Assembly: GCF_964204645.1 (NCBI RefSeq)
Contig: NC_134032.1
Coordinates: 2,566,175 to 2,630,174 of the forward strand
DNA length: 64,000 bases
Source of the DNA: Tubulanus polymorphus
Taxonomy: Eukaryota; Animalia; Nemertea
Direction: 5' to 3'
Shown here: positions 36,457 to 49,941 of the stretch, piece after piece
How the letters are laid out: each line of letters begins with the position of its first letter
How positions within the stretch are numbered: position 1 is the stretch's first letter
The notes under the pieces: generated by a model
What the model saw: the letters and a program-made list of their open reading frames with translations, nothing else
Told to the model about the DNA's origin: nothing
Databases searched by the model: none
Translations under genes and position numbers: made by a program

Positions 36457-37646
36457 ATGAATAATGTTACTATCATCGCCGTTACTACAACCCAGCGACT
36501 GTCATACGCTTCCAGGACACCAGCTGTTATTACAGCCTTTAGAAGTTTCACTAGACGCGCTTATCTTCTCAACTTCTACACATTTACTTTGTTAGTGTTT
36601 CCACTCGGAAGTGTGTTCAACTTTCTGACAATAATTCTACTGATTAAATGTCGCAGATACCAGACTGTTCGTTACACGTTCCCCTATCTCATAACTCTCG
36701 CGTTTTCAGAACAAATCGTTTTATTTATCAAGCTGAGCAACTTTCCATATTATTTGAAATACATCCTGGTAAAATTCCAATTTTACCCGAAAATATGTGG
36801 AGATAACTATATGACATTGTCAAAACATGGCAAACTGTGTTCATCATCATTGTACCATTTCTATTATTATTTTCAGTACATTCCTAACAAATTAATTCCA
36901 AAATGTTTGTTGGTTAACATATCCTACAACCAAGCAATAGCAGTATCACACTACATAGTCTTAGCAATTGCTGTTGAAAGATTTGTTTCTATACGTTTAC
37001 CATTCTTTCATATGAGATATTTCACCTACAAGCGGCGTGTAGTCATAGAATGTGGTGTCATAGTGTTTTCCTGCATCATAAACCTCGATTCTTCGAGTAA
37101 AAGTATCTACATTTATCGCAATGCGGTTCGTAGATATAACGAAACCTTTACTCAATTCAGTTGCAAGCAGTCTTATAGGATGAATCAATTTCTTTATGTT
37201 ATTATAACAATGGCAAGAGTATTCTTTCAGGAGATATTTCCGGCCATTGCGATCATCATAGCATCAATTCTAACTGGTTTATCACGTTCTCAGAAATCTA
37301 GCATGTTGAATAGAACGGGAGCAGAACGCTTTCGGTCATCGACTAGTAAAACACTTCTAGTTGTCATTTTAGTCTATATAATTTGTGTTCTACCAACACT
37401 GTCACTAAATTAATGCATAACTTCAACGAATTTCTCATGTATGTGATCTGGATAAACCATCGTATTAATCTTTACGGATCCCCTACTAGAACGTTTTACC
37501 TAATACTTTTGTGGCGAGAATTAGAAGGAATATTTTACGGATTTCGAAACGTCTTGTTCTGCGTAAACTTTTTCATATATTTCGGTACGTTACAAGTTTT
37601 TAGAAGAAAATTTATAAAACTGTTCTACTACAATACCGATAGGTAG
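36457..37646 (+). pseudogene. Intronless class A GPCR, family C, with a single 1-bp frameshift in TM6
   Basis: PLGSVFN, YLITLAFSE, LAIAVERFVSIRLP and IICVLP, with CVNFFIY in the next frame. The duplicate at 47587 has one extra C that restores the frame. Confidence 0.88.
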
Positions 37647-37799
37647 TCCGTTGTCAAAATTAGTTCATTTACAATGAATTTTGAACTGGATTTTTTTTAC
37701 TCCCCAATCCATATATTATCACAGCATCATCAAATACAATACTTTCGATCTTTTACTCGGATATTGGTATAATAGTTTTCTTACATAATTGAGCTCCAG

Positions 37800-39519
37800 T
37801 TACTGATAAATTGATTGAAAACTTACAGTTATGTATCGGTGACGATGGAATAATACATTCAAACGGCAGAATCGACGATGCTGACATTTCTGATTTGGCA
37901 AAGAGACCTATCCTATTTGTTGCCAAAGTATCACAAATTTGTGGATTTGGTGATTTCGAGTTTATGTTGCGACATCTTCAGTTTTCCGTGCGCCACGTGT
38001 TGAGATCTATCAAACTACGCGGCGAGACTAGTGACCTTGAGTCCCGGAACCACTATTGTCGGATGTCAGAAATAAACGGAACAAAAATGTACCTAAAAAT
38101 CCTACTCCCTCCACCATACACAAATACGCATTCTACGTAAACTACTCACCCACTCCCCCTCAGCGTGTACGTACTAATTGAATGGTCTCTTATTGGATTC
38201 CTGATCTCAGACAGCGCGTTAAATTGCTATTAAAGTTTTAAATGCCAGTGTATTTAGGGTAAACCATGCTTTCTTCCACTACGTACATCTGCATTTGCCT
38301 AGCAGTCGAGTAGTATCGGTCAGTTCCTAGAAAATGCATATCCGACAATGCATCTACTTTTACATCGGCCAATGAAGTCTTGAATGAGATAATTTCGTCG
38401 AATAAGGTTGCTAGTTATTTGGCTGAAAATAGATCGAGTTCAACCGGAGTTTATAGCCAAACGTAGTCCCTGGCAAGGGGTTTTTATGAGCGGCTAGTGG
38501 GCTTGGTTAAAGGCATGATCAAAAAGATTTTATGTCGATCGAAACTCACATTTGAATTTAGTTACATTGTACTGTTAATAGAAATTGAAAGTCAACTGAA
38601 TGATAGGCCTTTGACATCAATCTTCAATGCGTCCGACATTCAGCCGCTCACGCCGTCCATGCTCAAGTATGGACGCCGTATTGCAGGGTTTCCTCAAGCC
38701 TACGTGTGCGAGACGGAATTTAGTGATCCTGAATTCCGTGTCCATCGAGATTTGATTACTCGTCGTATGAATTATATATGGTTATTGTTCAGTTAATTTT
38801 GTCGTCGCTGCAAAATGTGAATATTTGTTGAGCTTACGCGAACGGCATCTTTCGCCCGGGAGAGATCAGGAAAATGTTAAATTAGGCTCCGTCTTTCAAA
38901 TTCATGACGACCCAGAAACCTATGGCGTCTAGGAGACGACACCGCGTTGCGTCGTGAAAAAGACTGGAAAGTTCGAAACGCTACTTTGAGGACATCCATT
39001 GGATTCACCAATGGTACAACATGCGCAGATCCGGGATCGCTAGGCGAGGCGAATCCTACCGAAAACGTAGACGGATCTGTGGTTGGAAAACGTCCAATCC
39101 GCGCATCTGCCGTTGCCGCTGATCAAAGAATCACGGCTGTTCGTAACCGCCGAGCGAAACGACAAAATGTGTATGTGAATTCTGTTTTCTGAACACGAGA
39201 CTCTCGTAATTTGCATTCATTAGTTATCAATCAAGTTCTTTACCAACGTTAATTTCACTTAGTGAAAATATATGTCAGATATAAATGTAAATGATATTGA
39301 AATATTAATATTATATAGGGGATAATAATATTCACGAAATTTTGGGGCGGGAGTACGTGGTTACGTTTTGTATTCATTTTGTATGCATTCTAAGCATTGT
39401 AAGCAGGTTTATTCGTTCGGTATTGAGTTGTGAGTACACGTAGCGGTTAAAAACCCGTTACTAATCTCAGTCACAGTGCCTCAATAAATAGGTCCAATTT
39501 TCTGTGTACTTGGCTGACA
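37800..39519 (+). mobile_element. Degenerate BEL/Pao LTR retrotransposon 3-prime half (integrase, PPT, 3-prime LTR about 39356-39519)
   Basis: Motifs DGII..GRI, SDNASTF, SPWQG.FYERLVGLVK, EIESQLNDRPLT, PLTPSML and EYLLSLRER. PPT GGGGCGGGAGTA is followed by a segment containing AATAAA and ending ..GACA. Confidence 0.85.
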
Positions 39520-41134
39520 TGCAATATAAAGAGAGAGAAATAAACTACCAGTGTATGAACTGAAATATACAGCCCTAGTCAGTCTCTACAACTGCAGAAT
39601 CTTTTACATGATCATACATCATTATTTCAAAGAAGATATGAACACTCAGTACTTTGATCAACAAAGCAGTCGAACACGAATCCTCTGGTCGTCAATTTTC
39701 GTTCTCCTTCGCCTGCAGCCATGGCGCACACTGACGCAAAAATCCCACAAAGTGGAAGAATAAGCTTTAATAACTCACCTAGAAATACATGTTCATTAAT
39801 AAACCGTAAACCTAGTCTTATCTGTATGAAACGTATTGAGTCGCTACTTAATGAATTAGAAAACATTCGAATGAATATATGTTTAGAATGAATTGATTTA
39901 TGATATTTGACTTACTGATCATCGTTGACAATGTATTAAAACCTGGAAAAGGTGTTTTAAATTATAGGGTTTAAAAGGGAGACGTCAGAGCACAAAACTA
40001 GGAACTGCCACTTTAGAATGATAACAAATCGTTTAACTCACGTATTTCGTAGAACTTACTGAATTCAGTTGTGATTCTATTTCCGCTGGGTGCTATTATA
40101 TACGTGGACTAGCGAGACAAGTGTTTTCACAGCAGTAGTAACCGAATATTACAACGTAAATTAGACAGTTTGTTCAGTTCAAACAAATGAACGGAATTTG
40201 AATCCATTTTCATCGATTTAAATACTTCAACAATTTCAGCTGCGCTATTTTCAAATGAATATCTTCCATATATTCTAAATACGTACACATTGCTTCTAAC
40301 GTAGGCCCACCTAATACGTTGCCCTTGTTATAATGTTCAGTAGATCATTTCCCTGTGCATCCTTATCATTTCCCATATATATCCATCTTTTTTATGATAT
40401 GATACTCTACTAACTGAAATAGCCCATTAGAATGCCTACTTCGTTTTCTGTATTGAGTTTCTCTAAAAGTGGAATGAAATGATAAATTGTTTAAGCCATC
40501 GCTGCTTTGTTTTGTGTTGGTGGTTGGTAGATCAAACCAATTAACTATTTCTTTCTTTTTCAAAATCGATATATTTATATATAAAGAGGCATTTAAAACT
40601 ATTTTTGTCTTCATATAGATTTGGTCTAAATTTTACGTAAAAAATGTATCTAAAAATCCTACCCCCTGACAATTTTTTATAATCTTAAAATTTTCTTAAA
40701 AACTTATAACGCTTTTCATGCCTTGGAATCTGTAAAACCTCTGATTATCATGCAGTTCGTTTGTCCAGGTTTTTGAAAGCCTCAAAATAGAAAAGTCTGC
40801 TTTCAAATTGTTCAAAAGATATGAAAATGGTTCAAAATTCACGTTACAACTACGAACGTTGAAAGCATAGATTGAGATATTATACTTATCAACCTCTACA
40901 GAAGAGTTTTCATCAAATCACTGAGTAATGATTTAAGATCTCGATGATGAATAAGAAAGTATAGAGTACGTAATAATCATAAATACGTAGCATTTATTTA
41001 GACTGATGTTATTGGTAAATCATCCGGAACTGAAATATTATCCTTTTTGGCCAAATGAGCAATTGGGCTGATACCGGATGGGGATGCCTTGGTTTTTGTT
41101 CTTATGCGATGCCAATGCGCGAAGAAAGACTTCT

Positions 41135-41412
41135 GCAATATTATACAAATTCAACACGATGGGACAGATGAATTATTCCACGAAGTCCGATTGCAGGCTC
41201 GGAAAGACACGAGGAAAAATGTAATTCTGCATGCCTGTTAACCCGTATGCTTTAATTGTACGGGAAATTCAGTTTTTTTTCATGTACTTCGTACATGGAT
41301 CATTACATGGGAATTTGCAAAAAATAGAAGTGGTTTTTCCATGAATGAGAATGATTGACCTGGAGAATAAAGGCGTTCAAATTTTCAAATTCATGCCTTT
41401 GAAAGGTTCAAC
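41135..41412 (+). repeat. Dispersed repeat with an inverted copy at about 53908-54215
   Basis: gggacagatgaattattcca...tcaaattttcaaattcat..tttgaaaggttcaa matches the reverse complement of the 54-kb segment. Confidence 0.85.
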
Positions 41413-42029
41413 CTTCGTTATTTTGTAAGGTTTTCCAAATTATTCTATGTCTAAACATACACGATTACGATGTTAAAGATGACCTTATTCAATGAACAGT
41501 GTTGTTCAACTGTAGAATTTTCCATCGTGCCATTTGAGCCGTTTCTTATTGTCGTCCTTGGCAGTAACATAACTGGCGAGAGAGATTTTACGGCATTAAG
41601 AAATAATCGCTGAATGCTATGGTAACAGATTCTCAATAGATTAATGATGCTGTCGGGCACTACGTAGAGTTACATTTGAATACTGCGCTGGCATTACAAT
41701 TTCAGAAGTATATTACGAAGTAATCAATAACACTGCTTCTATTTGAATCACATTTTACTAATAGAAGGAACATAACAATGCGTAAGTTTTGTTTGACAAA
41801 TTGAATAAAAAAATTAGTCATAAACATAATCCATTTAGAGAATATGAATACTAGCACAACCCGTCCACGGGAGGGTTTAGATACGAGCTATAGCTACCCG
41901 CTACCTCAGAGGAGATTTGCTAAAATATTGTCAGCGGAGGATTCGGGATTTCGGTTAGGGGTGGACAAAGCAAAGTTTTTGGTCTGGGAGTTCCCCCCGA
42001 AATTCTTTTGAATATAAGATGCGCCTGAG

Positions 42030-42743
42030 CGGTGTTGTCATATCGCGGAATCACGGAATCGCAGCATTTTCCAACAACACGGAATTTCTGCATTCTCCAC
42101 TATACATAATAACCGTGTTTTTCCGCGGGATAACCCTTGTTGGACCAGGCACCGGACGCATGTTTTCATTACCGATACCTGGTAGGCCTATGTGATAATC
42201 TATTACCATCGTCACTCAACAAATTAAGGATACTTCCAAACGAAAAAAATGGAGAACCTACGTGGGCAATTAATCTATCAACATTGACTGCTGAACCAAT
42301 CACAGTAATTTGTGCATCGGGCCTGTACTCAAGGCAGTGCGTCGGGTGAGACCACATATACGAGTTCTGTGAATGTTACCATTAATAAACCTTTATACTA
42401 ATTCAATAAATGCTGCATTGTGAAATAGATATAAAAACGATGGTTATTAAAACTGCACTGTTTCACTGGTCGTATTATGACCAAACGAGGTACGTTTACA
42501 TACGGTCAATATGTACGGTCTGGATTTTTCCTCAATATTTACACATATATCATTCTATATCGTTTTAAATCAGATGTAACCACATATTACATTCTGCGAC
42601 TACTTGCAATTGCGGATAATATGTTTATATTAGGCACGGGTATCCCCGTGGGAAAACCCGTTTTCTATTTATAGTAAAAATGAAGAAATTCCGCGTTTTT
42701 GGAAAATTCCGCGATTCCGTCTTTCCGCGATATGACAACACCG
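42030..42743. mobile_element. Non-autonomous DNA transposon with long (about 100 bp) imperfect TIRs
   Basis: CGGTGTTGTCATATCGCGGAA... / ...TTCCGCGATATGACAACACCG. No target duplication found. Confidence 0.8.
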
Positions 42744-42957
42744 AAGAGCGAGGGTGCTGCCTGTACCAAGAGACCAAAGGAAACTGAGCTCCAGCAAAAG
42801 GATACATTTTCGAGTAAATAAGGAACAAACCGACTTAGTTACTAAAATACAAGAAGAAAATAAATTCAAGATAAACCTGGGTATCAAAACTGATGATTAG
42901 AACAGATTTCCAATAGAATAAACAGTTACTGTCTATCACACCTGCTCTCCGAAAGAC

Positions 42958-43262
42958 GTTCAGTGAGGGATTTGCATTCAGAAATAATCAACAATTTCTA
43001 CTAAATGTGTTTTTGTTTTCATTTATGAGCGATAGTTTACTCAGCATACTCAGCATACGCTCGTGTAATGCTTAAAAATCTGCTCAGCGGACGCTCGGAA
43101 ACGTTACAGTTACGTCATCACCTGCTCATTAGCATATCATAAAAGCAGATTTTTCAGCATTACGCGAACGTATGCTAGGTAAACTTTCGCTGATAGATGA
43201 AAAACACAAACAAATCTATGCCACATCATGATTTATTTCTGAATGCAAATTCCTTACTGAAC
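42958..43262. mobile_element. Foldback (hairpin) element
   Basis: GTTCAGTGAGGGATTTGCATTCAGAAATAA / TTATTTCTGAATGCAAATTCCTTACTGAAC, with complementarity continuing almost to the centre. Confidence 0.75.
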
Positions 43263-45024
43263 AAATTGATGCATAATAATTACAGATAAACCCATTATTC
43301 ATTGCAATCACCGATAATTTCTGAAATGCGCCCGGGCGTGGAGGTGCCGGACACATGCCTGTTTGAAATGGGAAGAATATAGTCCGACCAAAACGTAAGA
43401 CCAGGCACGTGCCAAATTATGAATCTTCGTGTGAATGCGAATCGGTGAATACTGTGCCCTTTTCAATTGACATGGGCCAAATTTCACACGTATCTGGCTG
43501 GGGTCAGTTTCTCCCTATGGTCATGGTCATAAGTAACCAAGTATGTTGATTATCGGGTCTTGTTATTATATGTAGTTATCTCAGGATAGTATGACAAGTA
43601 TCCACGACTGCTTGGCGAACAAACCACGACGTCATGTGCACGAGAAAGACAATTGAGCTAGGTTCCGGAGTAGTATGATGTACCACTCTCCGGGGTAAAG
43701 TTGTCGGCATTAGTTTAGGCAACGGACAAAAATTTCCCCATTTAGGTCACTTCCTTGTCCAGGATGGTTTTTATCGGATCCAAAAAGAAACCGAAGTGTC
43801 CAGCACATCGATTAAAAAAGAGAATCAACCTGTATCCAATACATCTAATACATCTGTTGGTTTCGTTATCCTATTTCAGGAATATACCCCGTTTCATTCC
43901 TGGCAGGTGTGGCCGGTAGTAAAAATGGCTCGACGTAAAATTGTCAAAACTTCCTATTCCTCAATGAATTTATGTTCGAATACGATAATGGACGCTTTCC
44001 GACCACATAATCAAAAGCATAAATTATTCCCATTATAAGATTTTTGAAAATAGCGTCGTTTCTAATCATTCAGGAAACTACAAACACTGCTATACGCACA
44101 AAATCTATTTCCAAAGCCCAATTGAATAATCTCTCTGCATCAGTTGTTAATGCCCAGTCACCCAAATCCTTCAGCAAATTGGTATCTGTGGCACAACCCT
44201 AGATTTATTCCGAAATCCTGTTGAGTGTTTTTAAAATATTGTTCATTATCTCTTTTATCATTATTATTAATCAGATTTTCTATGCACAATCTTTTCCTTC
44301 CTCTTTAACACAGACGCGCACGCTCCAACAATACTAGCGAATGCTAATGTGCTGGAGTATATCAATGAATGGAATGAATGAACTAGTTTGTAAGAATCAT
44401 TGACAAAATATTTGTCTCTGAAAAGTCTTGGTGGCAAAATTCATCTAGCTAAAATGTCGTAATTCATCTTTCCCATGTCTAGTTAAGTGGACCCCTCGAG
44501 GGCGCCTGATAAAGCCATCGAAATCAACATTGATACGGTTTTTTGAATATATACATAACCAGTTAATCAATTTACATTGAAAAGCTGCTAACTACCAAAT
44601 AGACTCACCATTGTAAACGGTCTAGTGAAGTTAAGCCACGTTGATCCGTAGTCTGCGGGAATGAGCCCTAAATGAAAACGGTTATAAAATTCAAAATCGC
44701 AATCTTCTCAATCTGAATAAAAGCAAAGAAGGTTGGGCGAAGATGGTCGAAAGGTATCTTGATTATGAATGCCGTCACTATTAAAAGTGATCTTATTAAA
44801 GTAAAAATGTAAATCGACGGACAACTAGAAGCTCATATCTATCGGACTTGGGCTGGTTCGATTGGTCTACGGGTTAGCACGCTTGCCTTCTTCGAACGAG
44901 ACCCAGGTGGTATCGTCATCGACTCGGTTCTGTACTTACTCCTGGCCGCTTGATTTTCAGTCCAGCTCTCCACTTCAGCTTTCGAAAAGTCGGGACAAAG
45001 TTTGGTCCGATTGAAGGCACGGCC

Positions 45025-45238
45025 AGTACAGCTCTCAGACAGTCAGTACACTCTAAGACAGACACTATCAGACAGGCAGCACACTCAGACAGTCAGCACA
45101 CTCTCAGACAGTCAGTACAATCTCAGACAGACAGTACACTATCGGACAGGCAGCACACTCTCAGACAGTCAGCACACTCTCAGACAACCAGTACAGCTCT
45201 CAGACTGTGAGTACACTCTCAGATAGTAATACACTATC
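45025..45238 (+). repeat. 17-21 bp minisatellite (CAGTACACTCTCAGACAGT)
   Basis: About 11 degenerate units ending about 20 bp upstream of the GPCR ATG. Confidence 0.9.
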
Positions 45239-45256
45239 ATTTGATCCGCGTGAATC

Positions 45257-46207
45257 ATGAATTCTTCTCAGATGCAAATTGGTCGACCTTATCTTGGTTA
45301 CATCGTTCTCATGTCTGTAGTGAACAGGTCTGGAGTCTACCGTACTGTGTCACTGGTCATTTTGCCCGTCTGGTTCCTGTTAGGAGCATTCGGAAATTCG
45401 GCTACTTTCCTGATAATTATTAGTCGCAGATTCCGTAGTTTATCGTACGCTAACTACCTGATCGCTTTGTCTGCTTGTGATTTTATGTACTGTATCAATT
45501 TCACTCTGATGCCCGTTTTACAGTTTGTTCTCTATCAAGTTAAAGACGGTCCTATATTCATGATGAATTCACAGATCAGTTGTCAAATATATGAATTTGT
45601 AATGATTCTTGCATGCAGCAATAGTTCGTGGTTAATAGTAGCGATATCTCAAGAACGTGCAGCGATTGTGCTCTTCCCGTTCACAACTCGTTTGATATGT
45701 ACACCGAGATTCGCTAGATTTACTATATTGATAATTACTGCAGTGAATTTACTGGTTCTATATCTCACGCCTGTTTTGTCGATGCATTACATCGACCAGT
45801 TTTTAGGATGTTTCGGGGAATCACTTGAGCAAATAACATATTTCTCTCTGATCGTTGTCTACGTAAACATTCTACCTTTGATTTTGATTCTAACATCAAA
45901 TTCTGTAATAATCATTCAGTTATTCAGAGGTTCAAAAATGGTTTCGTCCGATCAGAAAACAACCAAATCAAAACGTACAACGATAATGCTTGTAACAGTT
46001 TCACTCGCTTTTGCAATGTTCACTCTTCCATCCACTATTACTACATATTTACCAATCTCGGTAGAACAGAGAGATTTTCTTAATGACATTTTTACACCGT
46101 TTCAAATCTGTAATTATGTGATTAATTTTTACATATACCTATTACTGGGACGAGTAATTCGCGTATATTTCTATGCGAAGATTGGCTGTATGAGTTCAGA
46201 GAAATAG
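45257..46207 (+). CDS. Intact intronless class A GPCR, family A-related, 316 aa
   Basis: Seven TM segments. Motifs GAFGN, YLIALSACD, ISQERAAIVLFP, FAMFTLP and VINFYIY. Shares the N-terminal GRPY..YI.LM motif with 15298. Confidence 0.95.
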   Translation: MNSSQMQIGRPYLGYIVLMSVVNRSGVYRTVSLVILPVWFLLGAFGNSATFLIIISRRFRSLSYANYLIALSACDFMYCINFTLMPVLQFVLYQVKDGPIFMMNSQISCQIYEFVMILACSNSSWLIVAISQERAAIVLFPFTTRLICTPRFARFTILIITAVNLLVLYLTPVLSMHYIDQFLGCFGESLEQITYFSLIVVYVNILPLILILTSNSVIIIQLFRGSKMVSSDQKTTKSKRTTIMLVTVSLAFAMFTLPSTITTYLPISVEQRDFLNDIFTPFQICNYVINFYIYLLLGRVIRVYFYAKIGCMSSEK

Positions 46208-47150
46208 CAATGCCTGATTTCAAGTATGGTTCAGACGGTCCTTCCCCTAAACAACGGTGGACTCTGTTTGTTAATTGATAAACTGATTTTTCCTGCACAT
46301 GTTTGCAGAATGTATCACGGTTCATAACACGTGCGTAGCGATGAAATGGAGTCACGTGAGAGGAATCTAACGAAGCAACTGTCGGTGTTTGCTGAACTCG
46401 GACGGCTCGGTGATAGCACAACGATCACATGGCCGAACAAACGCGGAGATAGCTGAAAGGAAAATCTAACCTAAATCTAAATTTATCAAGTTTGATTTCG
46501 TTTAGGAATTTGTAACCATCTTATACAATCGAAGTGTAAGCTATTTTACAAATACATAATCTATCCATTACACAACACTTTTGACTGAACTAGTATTAGG
46601 ATATTAGTTGAAATTCGGATTCAGTATTTCCGATACCGCGGGTGATCTGAGACCGTTTGGCCGCTTGAAGTGTTTATTGAGTTGTGCTACTTTAAGGCCT
46701 ACGTGCTTTACTGTGTCAAACAATAACAATATAATTTTATGTGTTTATTTACGGACACAGGGATTAAAATTCAAACAAAATTTGCAATAGAAAATCCGAC
46801 AACATTGCTATGACACGTAGTACTAAAGATTTGTTTCTTCGTCCGAAAATAAAATCTAACACGAATCACTGCGCATAGTTAGGTTATGGGTCCTAGCGTA
46901 CTGACAATTTAAAAGGAGTTTATTATGAGAACTAGAACCTTCGTTTGAGATTGAAAGAGCGATCAGAGTGAGTAATATTAGAAGTGCCGTTTTATCCATA
47001 ATTATATACGGTGAGTTTGATGTCGAGCATCTCAACTGTAATTTCATATCGGTTGTTGAGAAATGATAACAGTTGATAGACGGGTGCATCGTGTGCGTTT
47101 GTGCGCAGTTCACCGAGTAGCATTCGGATTCTAAACGGCTGGTATCATCA

Positions 47151-47856
47151 ATGAATAATTTTACGATCATCGCCGTTACTACAACCCAGCGACTGTCATA
47201 CGCTGCTAGGACACCAGCTTTTATTACAGCCTTTAGATGTTTTACTAGATGCGCTTATCTTCTCAACTTCTACACATTTACTTTGTTAGTGTTTCCACTC
47301 GGAAGTCTGTTCAACTTTCTGACAATAATTCTACTGATAAAATGTCGCAGATACCAGACTGTTCGTTACACGTTCCCCTATCTCATAACTCTCGCGTTTT
47401 CGGAACAAATTGTTTTATTTATCAAGCTGAGCAACTTTCCATATTATTTGAAATACATCCTGGTTAAATTCCAATTTTACCCGAAAATATGTGGAGATAA
47501 CTATATGACACAGGGGCAGAACGCTTTCGGTCATCGACCAGTAAAACACTTCTAGTTGTCATTTTAGTCTATATAGTTTGTGTTCTACCCAACACTGTCA
47601 CTAAATTCACGCATAACTTCAACGAATTTCTCATGTATGTGATCTGGATAAACCATCGTATTAATTTTACGGATCCCCTACTAGAACGTTTTACCTAATA
47701 GTTTTGTGGCGTGAATTCGAAGGAATATTCTACGTATTTCGAAACGTCTTGTTCTGCGTAAACTTTTTCATATATTTCGGTACGTTACAAGTTTTTAGAA
47801 GACAATTTATAAAACTGTTCTATTACAATACCGATGCATGTAAGAAAATTCAATAG
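47151..47856 (+). pseudogene. Family C GPCR copy 2 with an internal deletion of about 500 bp (TM3-TM5)
   Basis: Matches 36457-36815, then jumps to about 37316. Ends YYNTDACKKIQ*. Confidence 0.9.
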
Positions 47857-48659
47857 GAGATGCGAATACTTTGACTTCCGATTATGGAATGCCTACTTCT
47901 AAAAACTAGCATCAGCATACATAGCAGGTTTCCCCTAATACAAATATCTAACAACCCGCAAAACCAGCTATCCCGCCAGATGGCGTGAAGAGCAGTAGGT
48001 CATCCGTTGTCAAAATTAGTTCATTTTCACTGAACTTTGAACTGGATTTTTTTGACTCCCGAATCCATATATTATCACAGCATCATCGAATACAAATACT
48101 TTCGATCTTTTACTCGGATATTGGTATAATAGTTTTCTTACATAATTGAGCTCCAGTTACTGATACATTGATTGAAAACTTACAGTTATATATCGGTGAC
48201 GATGGAATAATACATTCAAACGGCAGAATCGACGATGCTGACATTTCTGATTTGGCAAAGAGTCCTATCCTATTTCGTTGCCAAAGTATAAAAAATTTGT
48301 GGATTCGGTGATTTCGAGATCACATTCTTGAATTTTCATCTACGTGTAAATGCTACCATCGCCGATGTACGAACTCGTTATTGAATTCCAGATCTCAGAC
48401 AGCGCGTTAAAACGTAATTAAAGCCATGTTTTAAATGCAAGTGTATTCAGGGTCAACCTTCCACTACATCTGCCTTTGCCTAGCAATCGAGTAGTATCGG
48501 TTCTAGCAGTCGAGTAGTATCGGTCCCATATTTCGATAATACGGATTTTACTTAGGCCCTCTTGTGATAAAGTCTGGTCATAGTGAATCGAAATGCTACG
48601 CTTGCCTTTTATATGTGTCGACCTATCGGTCGAGCTATGGTGGCTGATTCGGGAGATGT

Positions 48660-49941
48660 AAAAAATTTTTTCGTCCTCCACGAAAACGCGCAAAAACAAA
48701 TCTGACCGCGCAAAAACAAATATTACTGCGCAAAAGCAAACTTATAACGCGCAAAAACGAAATAATCCGAATATTTTTTTTAATCGCCAGCGGTCGTGAA
48801 CTTAAAAAATATTACGCCTGCAGGTATGCTGTCGCCATCTATTAGATCAAACAGTTTCTATGTGATAACTTGTTAGATCTTCCTAGTCCCACCCCTAATT
48901 AACATACGATTTGAATATAAATTGGAACTGGTAGAACAATCTGAAAATAGCTTTTTCAATCTAACCCTACTATTTAACCCAACTGGTGAAACATTGCAAA
49001 ATGTTCAATAGGGTTAGTCATAGGGATAGAGATCTAAACGACGTAAAGCAATGTAAACAAACAAACAACGTCAAATTTCATTTATTTTTATTAATTCTGT
49101 ATCTACAAATCTAACGCATGGTCTAATATGGGAATTGTTTTTTTTACTTTAATATAACGTGCACGGTATTTATATCTAACACGTTCGGACCAAGTGCTGC
49201 AGATACCAATTCAATGTTCTGCTAGAAATGTCTCTCAGAAAATGAATCTTTCAGAAATGAAGATAAATATCTGTATTTAAGGTAGAAAACTAGCAGAAAG
49301 TTGTGCCGATATTTTCCTTAGTATTTTGAAAGGTTTTGTGACACCGTAAAAACCGATACGATATGTTAACATACATTAATAACTACCACGCGTTATTAAT
49401 ATGGTTGTGTGTTGGCTGGTGTGCCTACGTTATCAATATATAATGGGGCTAGACTGGTTGCCGGTCAATCATATTCAACTATCGGTATTTTCAACAATAA
49501 AACTTCATTGTATTGTGATCAATCGAAGACAATAACAAACGATATATGCATATATTTATTCATCAAGGGGTCGTAAACTTGAATCAAGTTAGTTTTTCTT
49601 TGAAATCAATTAATACAACTACATAGATTAATCATTTCTTAAGTTACTGTTTAATCTAATAGATGGCGACAGCGTGACATCATAGTAGCGCGCGTAAATT
49701 ATCTAAATATATGTTTTTTTTTCGCGTTACTTGACGACCGCGAAAAACAAAGTTTTAGCGCGCAAAAACGTTATATTCCGTTTTGCGCTTAAAGTCTGTT
49801 TTTGCGGTCGCACAAAACAAATCTTACCGCGCTAAGACGGAGTATTTCGTTTTTGAGCGTTAAAAGTTTGTTTTTTGCGCGGCAATATTTGCTTTTGCGC
49901 GCAAAAGATTTGTTTTCGCGCGTTCTCGTGGACAGAAAATT
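48660..49941. mobile_element. Non-autonomous element with GCGCAAAA-rich inverted termini and a nested inverted pair (about 48828-49673), inserted in the BEL/Pao relic
   Basis: Outer tccacgaaaacgcgcaaaaacaaatc / gatttgttttcgcgcgttctcgtgga. Inner gctgtcgccatctattagatcaaacagt / actgtttaatctaatagatggcgacagc. Confidence 0.75.

Noticed and set aside
40366-40614. Possible Mutator-like transposase tail (NNLSFHSTFR..HSNGLFQ)
   Set aside because: Too short and degenerate to support by eye.
43740-44130. Very degenerate LINE RT relic (similar hints at about 20290-20460 and 60900-61050)
   Set aside because: The motifs are recoverable only by assuming many frameshifts, and no boundaries could be set.
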